DNA from: an uncultured Nitrospiraceae bacterium
GTDB lineage: Bacteria > Nitrospirota > Nitrospiria > Nitrospirales > Nitrospiraceae
Assembly (NCBI GenBank): GCA_963706325.1
Contig: CAVPLT010000007.1
Coordinates: 704,001-768,000 of the forward strand
Direction: 5' to 3'
Length of the DNA: 64,000 nucleotides
A program made the translations under genes and the position numbers. Positions 30,146 through 40,681 of this stretch are shown here, one piece after another. Position 1 is the first letter of the stretch. Each line of letters opens with the position of its first letter. The notes beneath the pieces are model-generated. The model was not told the origin of the DNA. It was given only the letters and a program-made list of their open reading frames with translations, and made no database searches.

Positions 30146-31039
30146 ATGCAACACCCATTATTGATCGATACCAACACCCTTCAGCAACGCTTGGGGCAAC
30201 CCGGATTGGTGATAATTGATGTGCGGGGAAGCGCGGCCTACGAATTCGGCGGCCATATCCCCGGCGCCGTACATTCGACCTGGCATGACTATAGCGACCC
30301 CGACGCCGTGGCCAAGGGATTGTTGGATCCAAACCTGAAACGGATCGAGAAGCGCGTGCAGGCGCTCGGCCTCAACCAGGACAGCGAAGTCGTAATCTAT
30401 TCCAACCCGTTCGACAATTGGGGTGATGAAGGCCGCATGTTTTGGATGTTGGAGTACTTGGGCCACAAGAATCTCAAAGTGCTGGACGGTGGATGGGTCA
30501 AATGGATCGAGGAGCGTCGCCCATTCGAGCACGGCGCGGTGCGAACGGCGCCCGGGACTTTCACCGTCAGTTCGGTCGACGCGGCGATCATCATGAAAGA
30601 GGAGTTGAAGGGGATCGTGCGAGCACCACATGCTACGACGACGATTGTAGACGCGCGCAGTCTCGAAGAATATCTGGGGAAGGAAGTGTCGGGCATCCCG
30701 CGCCCGGGTCATATTCCTGGCGCCGTGCATGTGGCATGGAACGGATTTCTCAATCCCGATGCCACGGTGAAGGACTTAGCGGCGATCACAGCGCAACTGG
30801 ATATGAAAGGCCTCAATCCGGCGCACGACACGGTCTGCTACTGCACGGGTGGCGTCCGCGCGGGATGGCTCTACTTTATTCTCCGGCTCGCGGGCTATGC
30901 GCATCTGCGTAATTATCCGGGATCCTGGTGGGAGTGGAGCCGGGATTTTGCCTGTCCGGTGGAAAAAGATCTGCTCGCCTTACAGAAGCTCTTGGGTTTG
31001 ACGGAATCGACGGCGCCGTCCGGGATGCGGCCGTCTTGA
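30146..31039 (+). CDS. Tandem-domain sulfurtransferase (rhodanese)
   Basis: GHIPGAV twice, VLDGGW, active-site YCTGGVRA, YPGSWWEW. Confidence 0.9.
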   Translation: MQHPLLIDTNTLQQRLGQPGLVIIDVRGSAAYEFGGHIPGAVHSTWHDYSDPDAVAKGLLDPNLKRIEKRVQALGLNQDSEVVIYSNPFDNWGDEGRMFWMLEYLGHKNLKVLDGGWVKWIEERRPFEHGAVRTAPGTFTVSSVDAAIIMKEELKGIVRAPHATTTIVDARSLEEYLGKEVSGIPRPGHIPGAVHVAWNGFLNPDATVKDLAAITAQLDMKGLNPAHDTVCYCTGGVRAGWLYFILRLAGYAHLRNYPGSWWEWSRDFACPVEKDLLALQKLLGLTESTAPSGMRPS

Positions 31040-31114
31040 CACGATGCAGTGCCCTCTTTATGCTGAACATACGGGATTCGATGATGCGCACATCCATACA
31101 GAGGAGGCTTTTTC

Positions 31115-31471
31115 ATGCAGACTGTTAAATGGCGGGGAGTGGTGGCGGCTGGTGTTATGATGGCGCTCGTCGGAGCGCCGATGGTGTCCGGCGTGGCTTT
31201 CGCAGCAGCAAATAAACATCAGGCGGAAGCGGTGGAGCACGCCAAGGAGGCGGTCGCTCATGGAAAGCAAGGCCATGCGGATGCGCTCGTGAAGCATGCG
31301 GAAACTGCGCTCAAGCACGCCGAGGGCGCCATGACTGAAACCAAGAATCCCCACGTGGCTGAAGGGATCAAGGGATTGAAGGATGGGATTGAACACGGCA
31401 AGGCCGGCCATGCCGATGTGGCGACCAAGGCGATTGAAAACGCCATTCCCCATTTGTCAGAGGGCATGTAA
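31115..31471 (+). CDS. smbP: Small periplasmic metal-binding protein (SmbP-like)
   Basis: Signal peptide; His every 7 residues (HQAEAVEHAKEAVAHGKQGHADALVKHAETALKH); SD GAGGAGG. Confidence 0.8.
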   Translation: MQTVKWRGVVAAGVMMALVGAPMVSGVAFAAANKHQAEAVEHAKEAVAHGKQGHADALVKHAETALKHAEGAMTETKNPHVAEGIKGLKDGIEHGKAGHADVATKAIENAIPHLSEGM

Positions 31472-31503
31472 GCATCTCTTGCGCGGCAACGATGGCTGAC
31501 GCG

Positions 31504-31540
31504 AAACGGGCAGGGGAGTCCCTGCCCGTTTTTATTTTAT
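31504..31540 (+). terminator. Rho-independent terminator
   Basis: AAACGGGCAGGG-GAGT-CCCTGCCCGTTT followed by TTATTTT. Confidence 0.85.
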
Positions 31541-31555
31541 CCGAAAGGCAGCACC

Positions 31556-32350
31556 ATGCGAGTCGGCTACTTCCAATTTGACCCGGTCTTCGGCGAGGTC
31601 GCTCGCAATCTCGACCTCGTGACGGCTCGCCTCGAGCAGGTGGAAGCCGACCTCATCGTCTTGCCGGAGCTGTTCGCCAGTGGTTATCAGTTTGTCTCCC
31701 AGGATGAAGTGGCGCGGCTCGCGGAACCGGTCCCGGACGGCACGACCACGAAACGTTTGGTAGAGATCGCCAGGCGTCGTGGGGTGACGATCGTGGCTGG
31801 ATTGCCGGAGCGGGCCGGCGCGCAGTATTTTAACTCAGCGGTGGTGGTCGGGCCGAAGGGATTTATCGGCTGTTACCGAAAAACCCATCTCTTTTTTGAG
31901 GAAACGCTCTTTTTCACGCCGGGCGATACAGGCTTTCACGTGTGGGACATCGGGATGGCCAAGGTCGGTGTCATGATCTGTTTCGACTGGTTTTATCCGG
32001 AAGCGGCCCGTACGTTGGCATTGCAGGGCGCGGATATCATTACGCATCCGTCAAACCTGGTGCTGCCGCATTGCCCCGACTCGATGGTGACGCGTTGCTT
32101 GGAGAACCGAGTCTTCAGTGTGACGGCGAATCGAATCGGCAGCGAAGCCCGCGGAGGCAAGGATCGGTTGACCTTTATCGGGATGAGCGAAGTCGTCAGT
32201 CCGCGCGGCCACATCCTGCATCGCGCTTCTCGTGAGGCCGAGGACCTGACCATCGTCGAGATTGACCCGACGGAAGCTCGAACGAAGGCGATCAATAGCT
32301 ACAATGACCTGCTCCGCGATCGCCGTCCGGCGTTGTACGGCGGTACCTGA
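31556..32350 (+). CDS. Nitrilase/carbon-nitrogen hydrolase family protein
   Basis: Catalytic triad motifs LPEL, YRKTHL, ICFDW. Confidence 0.9.
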   Translation: MRVGYFQFDPVFGEVARNLDLVTARLEQVEADLIVLPELFASGYQFVSQDEVARLAEPVPDGTTTKRLVEIARRRGVTIVAGLPERAGAQYFNSAVVVGPKGFIGCYRKTHLFFEETLFFTPGDTGFHVWDIGMAKVGVMICFDWFYPEAARTLALQGADIITHPSNLVLPHCPDSMVTRCLENRVFSVTANRIGSEARGGKDRLTFIGMSEVVSPRGHILHRASREAEDLTIVEIDPTEARTKAINSYNDLLRDRRPALYGGT

Positions 32351-32416
32351 TTTCGACTCGTAAGCCTTTCAGACTCACCTTGCGTCGCCCGCATGCTCAC
32401 GGTAGGATGGATCACG

Positions 32417-32974
32417 ATGATTCCTCTTGGAAAAGGCATTCTTCTGGTTGCCGCGCCCGCGTTAAAGGATCCGAATTTCCGCCAGGCGGTGGTGCTCCTG
32501 TGTGAGCATGGACCGGAAGGCGCCCTGGGCGTCATCGTCAATCGGCCGACCGGGATGTCCATCTCTGAAGCATTGCCGCAGGTTCCGATCTTGGAGGGAC
32601 AGCCGCACGTGCTCTATGCTGGGGGGCCGGTGCAAACCAACCAGGTGATGATGCTGTATCGAATCAATCAGACCCCTGATAATTCGCACCAGGTGATCGA
32701 TGGTGTCTGTCTGGGCGGTGACTTGGAGATAATGGAGCGGATTCTCATGCAGCAGCCGGAAAAAGAATCGTTTCGCGCCTACCTTGGATACTCTGGCTGG
32801 GGACCAGGCCAACTGGAATCGGAAATGCAGACAGGCTCTTGGATCACCCTGCCGGCCGATCCGTCGATTGTCTTCGAAAAAAATCCCACCGATATTTGGT
32901 CTGATATCGTCCTGTCCCTGGACGATGAGTCGCGGCATTATGCGGATATGCCGTTCGATCCTTCCTGCAACTAG
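32417..32974 (+). CDS. YqgE/AlgH (UPF0301) family protein
   Basis: LKDPNFRQAVVLLCEH..GALGVIVNRP, GGPV, GYSGWGPGQLESE. Confidence 0.9.
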   Translation: MIPLGKGILLVAAPALKDPNFRQAVVLLCEHGPEGALGVIVNRPTGMSISEALPQVPILEGQPHVLYAGGPVQTNQVMMLYRINQTPDNSHQVIDGVCLGGDLEIMERILMQQPEKESFRAYLGYSGWGPGQLESEMQTGSWITLPADPSIVFEKNPTDIWSDIVLSLDDESRHYADMPFDPSCN

Positions 32975-32987
32975 GCAAATTCATCTA

Positions 32988-35804
32988 TCATCGGCCCTGT
33001 GCGTGTGACGGACCCCGCGCCTCCGCCAGGACCTTCGCGAGGAACTGTCCCGTGTGAGACTGGGCGATCTTCGCCACTTGCTCAGGTCGGCCTTCGGCGA
33101 TGATGTGGCCGCCTGCCTCACCTCCCTCAGGACCGAGGTCGATGACCCAATCGGCTGTCTTGATGACATCCAGATTGTGCTCGACGACGATGAGGGTATT
33201 GCCGGCATCCACAAGTTTGTGCAAAACGGCTAGAAGTTTCTTGATGTCGTCGAGGTGGAGACCGGTCGTCGGCTCATCGAGAATATAGAGCAGATTGTGC
33301 GCCGATGGATCTTTCAGCTCGGCGGCAATCTTCAAGCGTTGCGCTTCGCCTCCGGACAGGGTCGTGGCAGCTTGGCCCAGTCGCAGATAGCCTAGGCCGA
33401 TCGAAGACAGCAAGTAGAGCTTTTCGGTCAGCTTGGGTGAGCCGGAGAAAAACGCCTGTGCCTCCGTCACCGTCAGGCTCAGCACGTCGTGGATCGTTTT
33501 GCCACGATACCGAATGCTGAGGATTTCTGGTTTGAAGCGACGGCCGTTGCATTGCTCGCACGTGGCATAGATGTCTTCGAAAAAATACATCTCCAATTTT
33601 TCATAGCCATTGCCCTCGCAGCGGTCGCAACGTCCGCCTGCAGCATTGAAGGAGAAGTGTCCGGGCGTCAACCCCTGTCGCAAGGCATCTCGCTCCGAGG
33701 CAAACAGCGTGCGAATTTCATCGAACGCCTTCAGGTATGTAATGGGGTTTGAACGGGGCGTTCGGCCGATCGGTTGTTGGTCGATCAGGCGTACGCCTTT
33801 CAGATGTTCGAGCCCCTTGATGGCCTGGAATTTCCCCATCGGCAGGGATTCGACACGAAAAGCCCTGGCTGCGGCCCGATATAACGTCTCTTCGATGAGC
33901 GTGCTCTTCCCCGAACCGGACACGCCGGTCACGCAGACCAGCATATGGAGGGGAATTTTAACCACCAAGTTCTTGAGATTATGTTCCGCGGCACCCGCGA
34001 TGCTGAGCACCTTGCCGTTTCCGGAGCGGCGGGTTTTCGGAAGCGGGATGGTCTCTTCGCCTCGCAGGTAGCGGGCGGTGAGCGACCTTGGATCGACCAG
34101 GAATTGCTCGCGCGGCGCCGCGCACACGATATGGCCACCCTGCTCACCTGAACCGGGACCCATTTCGACGATATGGTCGGCGGTTCGGATCATCATCGGG
34201 TCGTGCTCCACGACGATGACGGTATTGCCATGGTCGGCCAGGTCGCGGAGAATCCCGGCGAGGGTGGCGGTATCGCGAGCGTGGAGGCCGATTGTCGGCT
34301 CATCCAATACGTACAACGTGCCGACCAATCGAGAGCCGAGCTGATTGGCCAAGGCGATCCGTTGGGCTTCCCCACCGGACAGCGTTTTGGTCTGGCGAGA
34401 AAGCGTCAGATAACTGAGTCCTACTCGGAGTAAAAAGTTCAGCTTGGCCTGCAACTGGCGGAGGATATCTTTGGCAATGTCCGCATCGAACGAAGGCAGG
34501 GACAAGCGCTGAAACCAGGCTGCGGCATCTTCAATAGTCAGCTCATTGAGCTGCACAAAGTCATATCCTGCCAGCTTGACGAAGCGGGCAGCCGGCTTGA
34601 GGCGGCTCCCGTGACAGGTCGGACAAGTGGCGGGGCTGCGGTATCGGCTGAGCAACACCCGCACATGGAGCTTGTACCGTTTAGTTTCTAAATACTCGAA
34701 GTACTGCCGGATGCCTTCGACCTGATCGTTGCCTTCCCACATGAGCTGCTGTTTCTCGACGGGAAGTTCCTGAAAGGGAACCGTCAGATCGACCCCCAGT
34801 TTTTTCATCGCCAGCAACATCTGCTTTTGCCACCAGTCGGAACCCGGCTTGCTCCAGGGCTCGATGACGCCTCCGGCGAGCGACTTGCTGCGATCCGGGA
34901 TGACCAGCTCTTGGTCGTATCGCAGGATATTGCCGAATCCTTTGCATTCGGGGCAGGCCCCCAGCGGGTGATTGAATGAAAACAACAAGGGCCGCAACGG
35001 CTCGAAGGTTCGCCCGCAACCCTGGCAGCGAAAGTGCGTGCTGTAGGTCCGGAGGCCTTGGCCGATCACCTCGACCTGGCAGACACCGTCGGCTTCCTGA
35101 AAAGCGATTTCGATGGCTTCGATCAACCGATGGCGGTTGTCCGGTCTGAGGACGAGGCGATCCAGTATGACGTGGATGCCCGACTCGCGCGTCTCCGGAA
35201 GTGCCGCCTCCTCGTGCAGGTCCAGCAATTCATCGCCGCACCGTAATCTGGTGAAGCCCCGTTTCAAGAGCGAGTCGAGCAACGACCGGTCGTGGCCCGG
35301 ACCAAGATCCTTGATGGGGAAAAGAATCATCGCACGCTGGTCGGGGAACTGCGCCAGCAACGCTTCAGCCAGCGACCCTGGATGATAGCCCCGTGCTTCC
35401 TGATTGCAATCCGGGCAGACCGGCTTCCCGATTTTGGCGAAAAGAAGTCTCAGCAGGTCGGCAAGCTCCGTGGCGGTGCCTACTGTTGAACGGGCCGTGC
35501 GAATCGGATTCTTCTGCTCGATGGCGATCGCCGGGCGAATGTTGACCATACGATCGACATCGGGGCGGTTCACCTTGTCGAGAAACATTCGAGCGTAGGT
35601 CGACAGTGACTCCACGTAGCGCCACTGCCCTTCCGCAAACAGCGTGTCGAACGCCAGGGAGGATTTGCCCGATCCGGACAGGCCAGTGATGGCGGTGACG
35701 CGGTTGTGTGGAATCCGCAGCGAAATATTCTTCAGATTGTTTTGGCGCGCGCCCTCGACGATCAGGTCGTTCGAGGTTGTATTTGAGGGAATACGGTTCG
35801 CCAC
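32988..35804 (-). CDS. uvrA: Excinuclease ABC subunit A
   Basis: GARQNNLKN, GLSGSGKSS, two LSGGEAQR signatures, DEPT motifs, Zn fingers; GTG 35804 with SD AAGGAG. Confidence 0.93.
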   Translation of the reverse strand: MANRIPSNTTSNDLIVEGARQNNLKNISLRIPHNRVTAITGLSGSGKSSLAFDTLFAEGQWRYVESLSTYARMFLDKVNRPDVDRMVNIRPAIAIEQKNPIRTARSTVGTATELADLLRLLFAKIGKPVCPDCNQEARGYHPGSLAEALLAQFPDQRAMILFPIKDLGPGHDRSLLDSLLKRGFTRLRCGDELLDLHEEAALPETRESGIHVILDRLVLRPDNRHRLIEAIEIAFQEADGVCQVEVIGQGLRTYSTHFRCQGCGRTFEPLRPLLFSFNHPLGACPECKGFGNILRYDQELVIPDRSKSLAGGVIEPWSKPGSDWWQKQMLLAMKKLGVDLTVPFQELPVEKQQLMWEGNDQVEGIRQYFEYLETKRYKLHVRVLLSRYRSPATCPTCHGSRLKPAARFVKLAGYDFVQLNELTIEDAAAWFQRLSLPSFDADIAKDILRQLQAKLNFLLRVGLSYLTLSRQTKTLSGGEAQRIALANQLGSRLVGTLYVLDEPTIGLHARDTATLAGILRDLADHGNTVIVVEHDPMMIRTADHIVEMGPGSGEQGGHIVCAAPREQFLVDPRSLTARYLRGEETIPLPKTRRSGNGKVLSIAGAAEHNLKNLVVKIPLHMLVCVTGVSGSGKSTLIEETLYRAAARAFRVESLPMGKFQAIKGLEHLKGVRLIDQQPIGRTPRSNPITYLKAFDEIRTLFASERDALRQGLTPGHFSFNAAGGRCDRCEGNGYEKLEMYFFEDIYATCEQCNGRRFKPEILSIRYRGKTIHDVLSLTVTEAQAFFSGSPKLTEKLYLLSSIGLGYLRLGQAATTLSGGEAQRLKIAAELKDPSAHNLLYILDEPTTGLHLDDIKKLLAVLHKLVDAGNTLIVVEHNLDVIKTADWVIDLGPEGGEAGGHIIAEGRPEQVAKIAQSHTGQFLAKVLAEARGPSHAQGR

Positions 35805-35946
35805 CGTGGCGGCTCCTTCTAGAGAAAGACCGACTATCGTAGCAAGCGCAGGGAGTGTGTGCAATGTGCGGCCCGAGGTGGCCGGCGAAAGTCTGTGATC
35901 CGCGGAGCCGGATTCGTATAATGATGTTCTAATTTCAGGAGGCATC

Positions 35947-36738
35947 ATGTTGGACCAGCAGACCTATCTTGCTCGAATTGGCTACGAAGGATCGGTGAAC
36001 CCTTCTGTCGAGACCTTGCGCTTGTTGCACCGAGCCCATGTCTTGACTGTGCCGTTCGAGAATTTGGATATCCATCTAGGACGGTCGATTTCTCTCGATC
36101 CCTCGGCCCTCTTTCGAAAGATCGTCCTGAGCCGGCGGGGCGGCTACTGTTTTGAACTGAACGGCTTGTTTGCGCTGCTGCTGGAACAGCTCGGGTTCTC
36201 GGTGACCAGACTGGCCGCCCGCGTGTTGTATGGTGCGGAAGGGGTCAGCCCAAGGAGCCATCAACTGTTGCTCGTCCAGATCGGCGAGAGCCAATGGATG
36301 GCGGATGTAGGGTTCGGAGGTAATGCATTACGCGAACCTTTCCTGCTGGCGATCGGCCACGAGCAACGGCAGGGGCCCGATGGGTTCCGGCTGGCCACCA
36401 ATGAACGAGGGGAGTACTTACTGCAATGCGAAATTGAAGGTGCCTGGGAGAATTTGTATTCCTTTACGCTCGATCCGTGCCTGACCGTCGATTATATCTT
36501 CGCCAATTACTACCACTCGCATTCGCCCGATTCACCCTTTAACCAGAGGCGCATCTGCACCATCCCGACGATGGGAGGGCGGAAGATATTCGCCGGCAGG
36601 CTGCTCAAGATTCGTGAGAATGGGACCATGGAGGAACTTCACGTGAAAGATGAAGGAAGGTTAAAGCAGCTGCTCAGGCAGTACTTCGAAGTAACCATCA
36701 AAGATGACTTGACATTATTCGGTATGGACAGCCAGTAA
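35947..36738 (+). CDS. Arylamine N-acetyltransferase
   Basis: VPFENL, RRGGYCFELNGLF, H..L, ADVGFGG; SD AGGAGG; TATAAT at 35917. Confidence 0.92.
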   Translation: MLDQQTYLARIGYEGSVNPSVETLRLLHRAHVLTVPFENLDIHLGRSISLDPSALFRKIVLSRRGGYCFELNGLFALLLEQLGFSVTRLAARVLYGAEGVSPRSHQLLLVQIGESQWMADVGFGGNALREPFLLAIGHEQRQGPDGFRLATNERGEYLLQCEIEGAWENLYSFTLDPCLTVDYIFANYYHSHSPDSPFNQRRICTIPTMGGRKIFAGRLLKIRENGTMEELHVKDEGRLKQLLRQYFEVTIKDDLTLFGMDSQ

Positions 36739-37123
36739 CCTTCGTGTCGGGCTTAGTGACGGAGGAAGGGGCAACGCGGTATTATAAAGAGGTCGGCGTC
36801 CCAAGGCCTATAGCCAAGCCGACCGGCTTGCCCGCATGGTGCGTGCGCGGTCACATTGCGAAAGCCAACTTGCTGGATGCTGGTGGCTCAGTCGGCTGGA
36901 AGAATTCCCGCAGTTTGGAACGGCGAGGGCATCGCGACTTTATTGCGGCGGGCCCAGTCGGCGGCCGAGGACGTACATGGCAAGGTCGATACTCCTCTAG
37001 CGGGCTCGTTGAAGGTTGAGAATAGTGGCATCGCGCCTTGGTCTGATTGGTGGGGAGATTCCCTCGATCCCCTCCGTATCGTCCACGATAACATATGAGG
37101 GCCGAGACTTGCGTCGAGGCACT

Positions 37124-37462
37124 TTATCTCGCGAGAAATTTAACCAGCCCCACACAGCACATATAGAGGACCAGTGAGCCGGCCATGGAGAGCCAGAAGC
37201 CGACACGTTCGACTCCATAAATCATGCAACCGACGTAGGCAAGCCAGGGCGGCACAAACCAGAGTAGATTCTTGGCGTAGGTGACCAGGTGTTCGCTGCC
37301 GCCGTTCAAATAAATGAGGACAAACGTCGCACCGGTCATCGCAGGAAAGGTGCTGGCGAAGGCGGCTAGGAACGACCGGCCTTGCGACCCCAGATAGGTC
37401 GAGACGCTGACAATGGTTCCGCCCAAAAGGAAGTACAGTCCGTACTTCGCCCACTCACCCAT
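37124..37462 (-). CDS. Small 4-TM membrane protein (DUF3147-like)
   Basis: YFLLGGTIVSV...LAAFASTFP; SD AAGGAGG. Confidence 0.7.
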   Translation of the reverse strand: MGEWAKYGLYFLLGGTIVSVSTYLGSQGRSFLAAFASTFPAMTGATFVLIYLNGGSEHLVTYAKNLLWFVPPWLAYVGCMIYGVERVGFWLSMAGSLVLYMCCVGLVKFLAR

Positions 37463-37474
37463 TCTCGACCTCCT

Positions 37475-38231
37475 TCAGCTTCCTCGAAATGCCTGTTGTG
37501 CTTCCGCCTTGATCTGACCCCCGAGTCCCGTATGGCGCGGCGAGAGATGGAAGACGACCAGATCGCGCCGGCCCATCATTAGTTTTTTTACCCATGATTC
37601 CCGCTTGGCGCGGTGAGATGGTAGCGCTCGCGATCCTGGGCTAGGATCGGGCCTCACAGTAAAAGATGTCGGCCCCTTACGCAAGAGCGACCATTTCGAC
37701 TTTGTTTTCCTCGCCGTGCCGGGCGTCCACGACATAAGCAATTTTCTGGCTTTGAGAGATGGTCACGAAGCGTTGACGAACGTCGCCTAGCACAAACTGC
37801 TCTGGGCGGTACTCATGTTAGAGCGTGGCTTGGAATCGAAAGTCATCCGGCTTGCCTTGCCACAATATTGCTTCGCTTTCTTCGGCCAATAACCACGGGT
37901 GAATTCTTCCACGGCGACAGCGGATGAACATCCACCATGCTCCCGGTATAGTGATGATGTTTTACTTCAACATTAGTTCTGCCCTGGTGGATACTTCAGC
38001 CGTAGGGTCTTTCCTCGGCCGAGTGCGACGCGCAGCAACGCATTGAATTGAATAAGGTGGTCTAGGTGGGTGTGGGAAATGAGATATCGCCGGCACGCAA
38101 TAGGCGGGTAGGGCCAGTATAGCATTGTGGCCGAGATCGAATAGAGCGCATGCTTCGACCAGCGCACTTCCACCAACGACCTGGGATTGCCGAGGACGTC
38201 ATTCGAGATGCCTGGAGATGGAGGGGTTCAT
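37475..38231 (-). pseudogene. Decayed MBL-fold (RNase Z-like) hydrolase
   Basis: Fragments in shifting frames: NDVLGNP..VEVRWSKHAL / FDLGHN / GPTRLLRAGDI / ISHTHLDH...LLRVALGRGKTLRL ... C-terminal LVVFHLSPRH...AEAQQAFRG. Confidence 0.7.
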
Positions 38232-38328
38232 GGAAGTCTTGTAGGTCCGGTCACCGCATCATCAGCAAAAACGCTGATGACATTAACTATAACTTGAACT
38301 ATTTGTGCTCACGAGTCGGGACCACCAT

Positions 38329-39012
38329 TTAGGCGAGTACGGTCCGCATCACACCATACAGCACCATGACCTCGACTGCATGGGCCACGATCGTAATGTA
38401 CAGGTTTCGGAAGGTGACCCACAGAATTGCCCACAGTAATCCGTCCCAGACGGCGATCCAATGGAGCTGGTGAAAGGTTGCCACCAGAAAGGGATCGAAG
38501 GCAAACAGCAGCGCACTTGTCAGTACGGCTATAGATGGTGAGAGCTTCAAGGCGAGCAGCCGTCCTAACTGAAAGCCGCGAAAATTCAGCTCGACCATGA
38601 CAGCGATGAATCCGATAAACCACGGTAGCATGATCCACATCGGAATCTTGGCATGCGGCGTATCGGCCAGAAATCTGTAGTCTCCTCCAAGGTGAGGCAC
38701 GAGGTAGAGAATGACCAGGGCATTGATGGACCCGAGCAGCAGACCAGCGCCTAGTCCCCAACGAAGGCCCTGCGGAAAGAGTGTCAGGGTGAGGCCGAGG
38801 CGCTGACCGGATCCGCTGTTGAGCCTGCCCCACAGCAATAGAGCTGCATATGCGCTGAGTTGGGGGAGAAACTGATAGGGCTGTTGCTGCTGGAGAGTGA
38901 TCGGCAAACAATAAAAGAGAAACAACGCTGCAACCGGACACAGTACGAGAGCCGCTCCTCGTTCAGGCGCCTGAGTCGCGTGCGTCAGTGGCGCTTGCTC
39001 AGGCCGGATCAT
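38329..39012 (-). CDS. CPBP (Abi/CAAX-like) intramembrane protease-family protein; start uncertain
   Basis: Multi-TM; VELNFRG, LLFAFD, IVAHA motifs (EExxFRG degenerate). Confidence 0.7.
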   Translation of the reverse strand: MIRPEQAPLTHATQAPERGAALVLCPVAALFLFYCLPITLQQQQPYQFLPQLSAYAALLLWGRLNSGSGQRLGLTLTLFPQGLRWGLGAGLLLGSINALVILYLVPHLGGDYRFLADTPHAKIPMWIMLPWFIGFIAVMVELNFRGFQLGRLLALKLSPSIAVLTSALLFAFDPFLVATFHQLHWIAVWDGLLWAILWVTFRNLYITIVAHAVEVMVLYGVMRTVLA

Positions 39013-39019
39013 GATCGGG

Positions 39020-40570
39020 CTATTCGAGTCGTAGGTTATACCGTTCCAGCGTGGTGGCTTTATTGCGAGCCAAGTTCGAGAGGGATTTGTTGTAGTCAAG
39101 GGTGGCGCGGAGTTCATTGCCTTGAGCGGTAGCCAAGTCACGTTGAAAGTCGAGTACGAACCGGGTCGTGCTGAGCCCGACCTTCAACCGTTCCTGCTCT
39201 GCCTGCAATTGTTTCTCAGCCATAATGCGGGCCGAGCGAGTGGTCTCAATTCGCTTGAAATCGGTATGCACTCGACGCACGGCTTCGCGAACGCCAACGA
39301 TAATTTGCTGACGGACGCTTTGCAAGGAAGCCTGGGCATTGCGAGCCTCCAGCTGCCGCTTGTTATAGGTGCTATAGGCTGAGCGATTGCCGAGCGGATA
39401 ACTGAGGACTAATCCGGCGCCATAGTTATAGAAGTCACCGCCGAAGTTCCGCTTCGTCGCGTCATTGTAGTCCGCGCCCAGTCCCGAGAGACCCATGGTG
39501 CCTTGAAACGATAGGGTCGGGAGCATTTGATTCTTGGCAAATTTCGTGTTGAGGTCGCTGGTCTCGACGTTTTTGCCGGCCTGGAGAATTTCCGGTCGGC
39601 GCTCAATGGCAATGTCGATCGCTTCTTGCAGGCTGATCGCTTCCAGTGACGTCGTCGGAGGATCGGTCGGGATTAATCGCAGGTCCTGACGGAGTTCTTC
39701 TTCGGCGGGATTCAACAGGCGGCGTAACTGATCTTCCTGGTCGCGAATCGATTTCTCCGCCACGAGAATTTGTTCGACCCGTGAAGCCACCGCGGCTTCG
39801 GCTTGCAGGACGTCCACTATCGACATGACGCCGGCCTTGGCCTTAGCGCGATTACTCGCCAGCAGTTCTTCTGCAGCCTTCAGCGCGGCCTGGGCCACTT
39901 TGAGATTTTCGTTTGCGAACACCATCTCCCAGAAGGTTTGTTCGACCGTTGCGATCACCGTCAGCACCCGGTCCAGGAAGACGTGTTGTTCGACCGTGGC
40001 ATTGTTCTGCGCGATAGAGATGAACGTCCGGTTTAATTCGATTCCAAAGTTCTTCAGCAGGGGTTGGGTCACCGTTAAGGCCAGGCCGCCCGTCCAGGCT
40101 GGATTAAACAAGAAGGTGTTTGGGCCGCTCACATAGCTGCGTTGGGGGCTATAATTCAGGTCGTAATTCGCGCCGGTGGGAAGATTCTGGGTAACATCGG
40201 CGGTCACGGTCGAGGCGTTTTGGTCAAACGTCTGAATGTCTCGCAGAACAACCCCGGTGACGCCTAAAACCGGTCGATTGAGCGGGGCGACCTGTCGGTT
40301 ATATTGCCCATTGAGGCTCACGGTCGGGTCATACTTCGCCTGCTCAATGACAATGTCGGCCAACCGGCTCTCCTTCGTCTGCCGACCGATATGTATATCC
40401 AAATTGTTTTGCAGGGCCTTAACGACGGCGTCGGCGAGCGAGAGTGTCTCGCGGCGTTCGGCGGGCACCGGTTTCGTCACTTCCAGGCCGAAAGTCGGCG
40501 TCGTGGTCGATACAAGCAGGGCCGTCGCAGTTCCGATTAAAAAGATTCCCCGGAGGTTTCGAATCGTCAT
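39020..40570 (-). CDS. TolC family outer membrane protein
   Basis: LSLADAVVKALQNNLDI, VTQPLLKNFG, ERRPEI, EQERLKVGLSTT; SD AAGGAG. Confidence 0.88.
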   Translation of the reverse strand: MTIRNLRGIFLIGTATALLVSTTTPTFGLEVTKPVPAERRETLSLADAVVKALQNNLDIHIGRQTKESRLADIVIEQAKYDPTVSLNGQYNRQVAPLNRPVLGVTGVVLRDIQTFDQNASTVTADVTQNLPTGANYDLNYSPQRSYVSGPNTFLFNPAWTGGLALTVTQPLLKNFGIELNRTFISIAQNNATVEQHVFLDRVLTVIATVEQTFWEMVFANENLKVAQAALKAAEELLASNRAKAKAGVMSIVDVLQAEAAVASRVEQILVAEKSIRDQEDQLRRLLNPAEEELRQDLRLIPTDPPTTSLEAISLQEAIDIAIERRPEILQAGKNVETSDLNTKFAKNQMLPTLSFQGTMGLSGLGADYNDATKRNFGGDFYNYGAGLVLSYPLGNRSAYSTYNKRQLEARNAQASLQSVRQQIIVGVREAVRRVHTDFKRIETTRSARIMAEKQLQAEQERLKVGLSTTRFVLDFQRDLATAQGNELRATLDYNKSLSNLARNKATTLERYNLRLE

Positions 40571-40681
40571 AACAAACTCCTTGATGCGAGCGCGGGAGTT
40601 CCGCCATACTGCATAGGTGCTGGGGTGGTACCATAAACAGAGATCGGTGTCCATGCTGAATGGAAGGTGGTAATGAGTCAG

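Noticed and set aside
35805..35946. Copy of the GTAAC/GTTAC operator upstream of uvrA
   Set aside because: Not found on inspection, so there is no evidence that uvrA shares the repressor
36744..37110. Short ORFs between the acetyltransferase and the DUF3147-like gene
   Set aside because: No SD or recognisable motif; may be a gene remnant but cannot be supported
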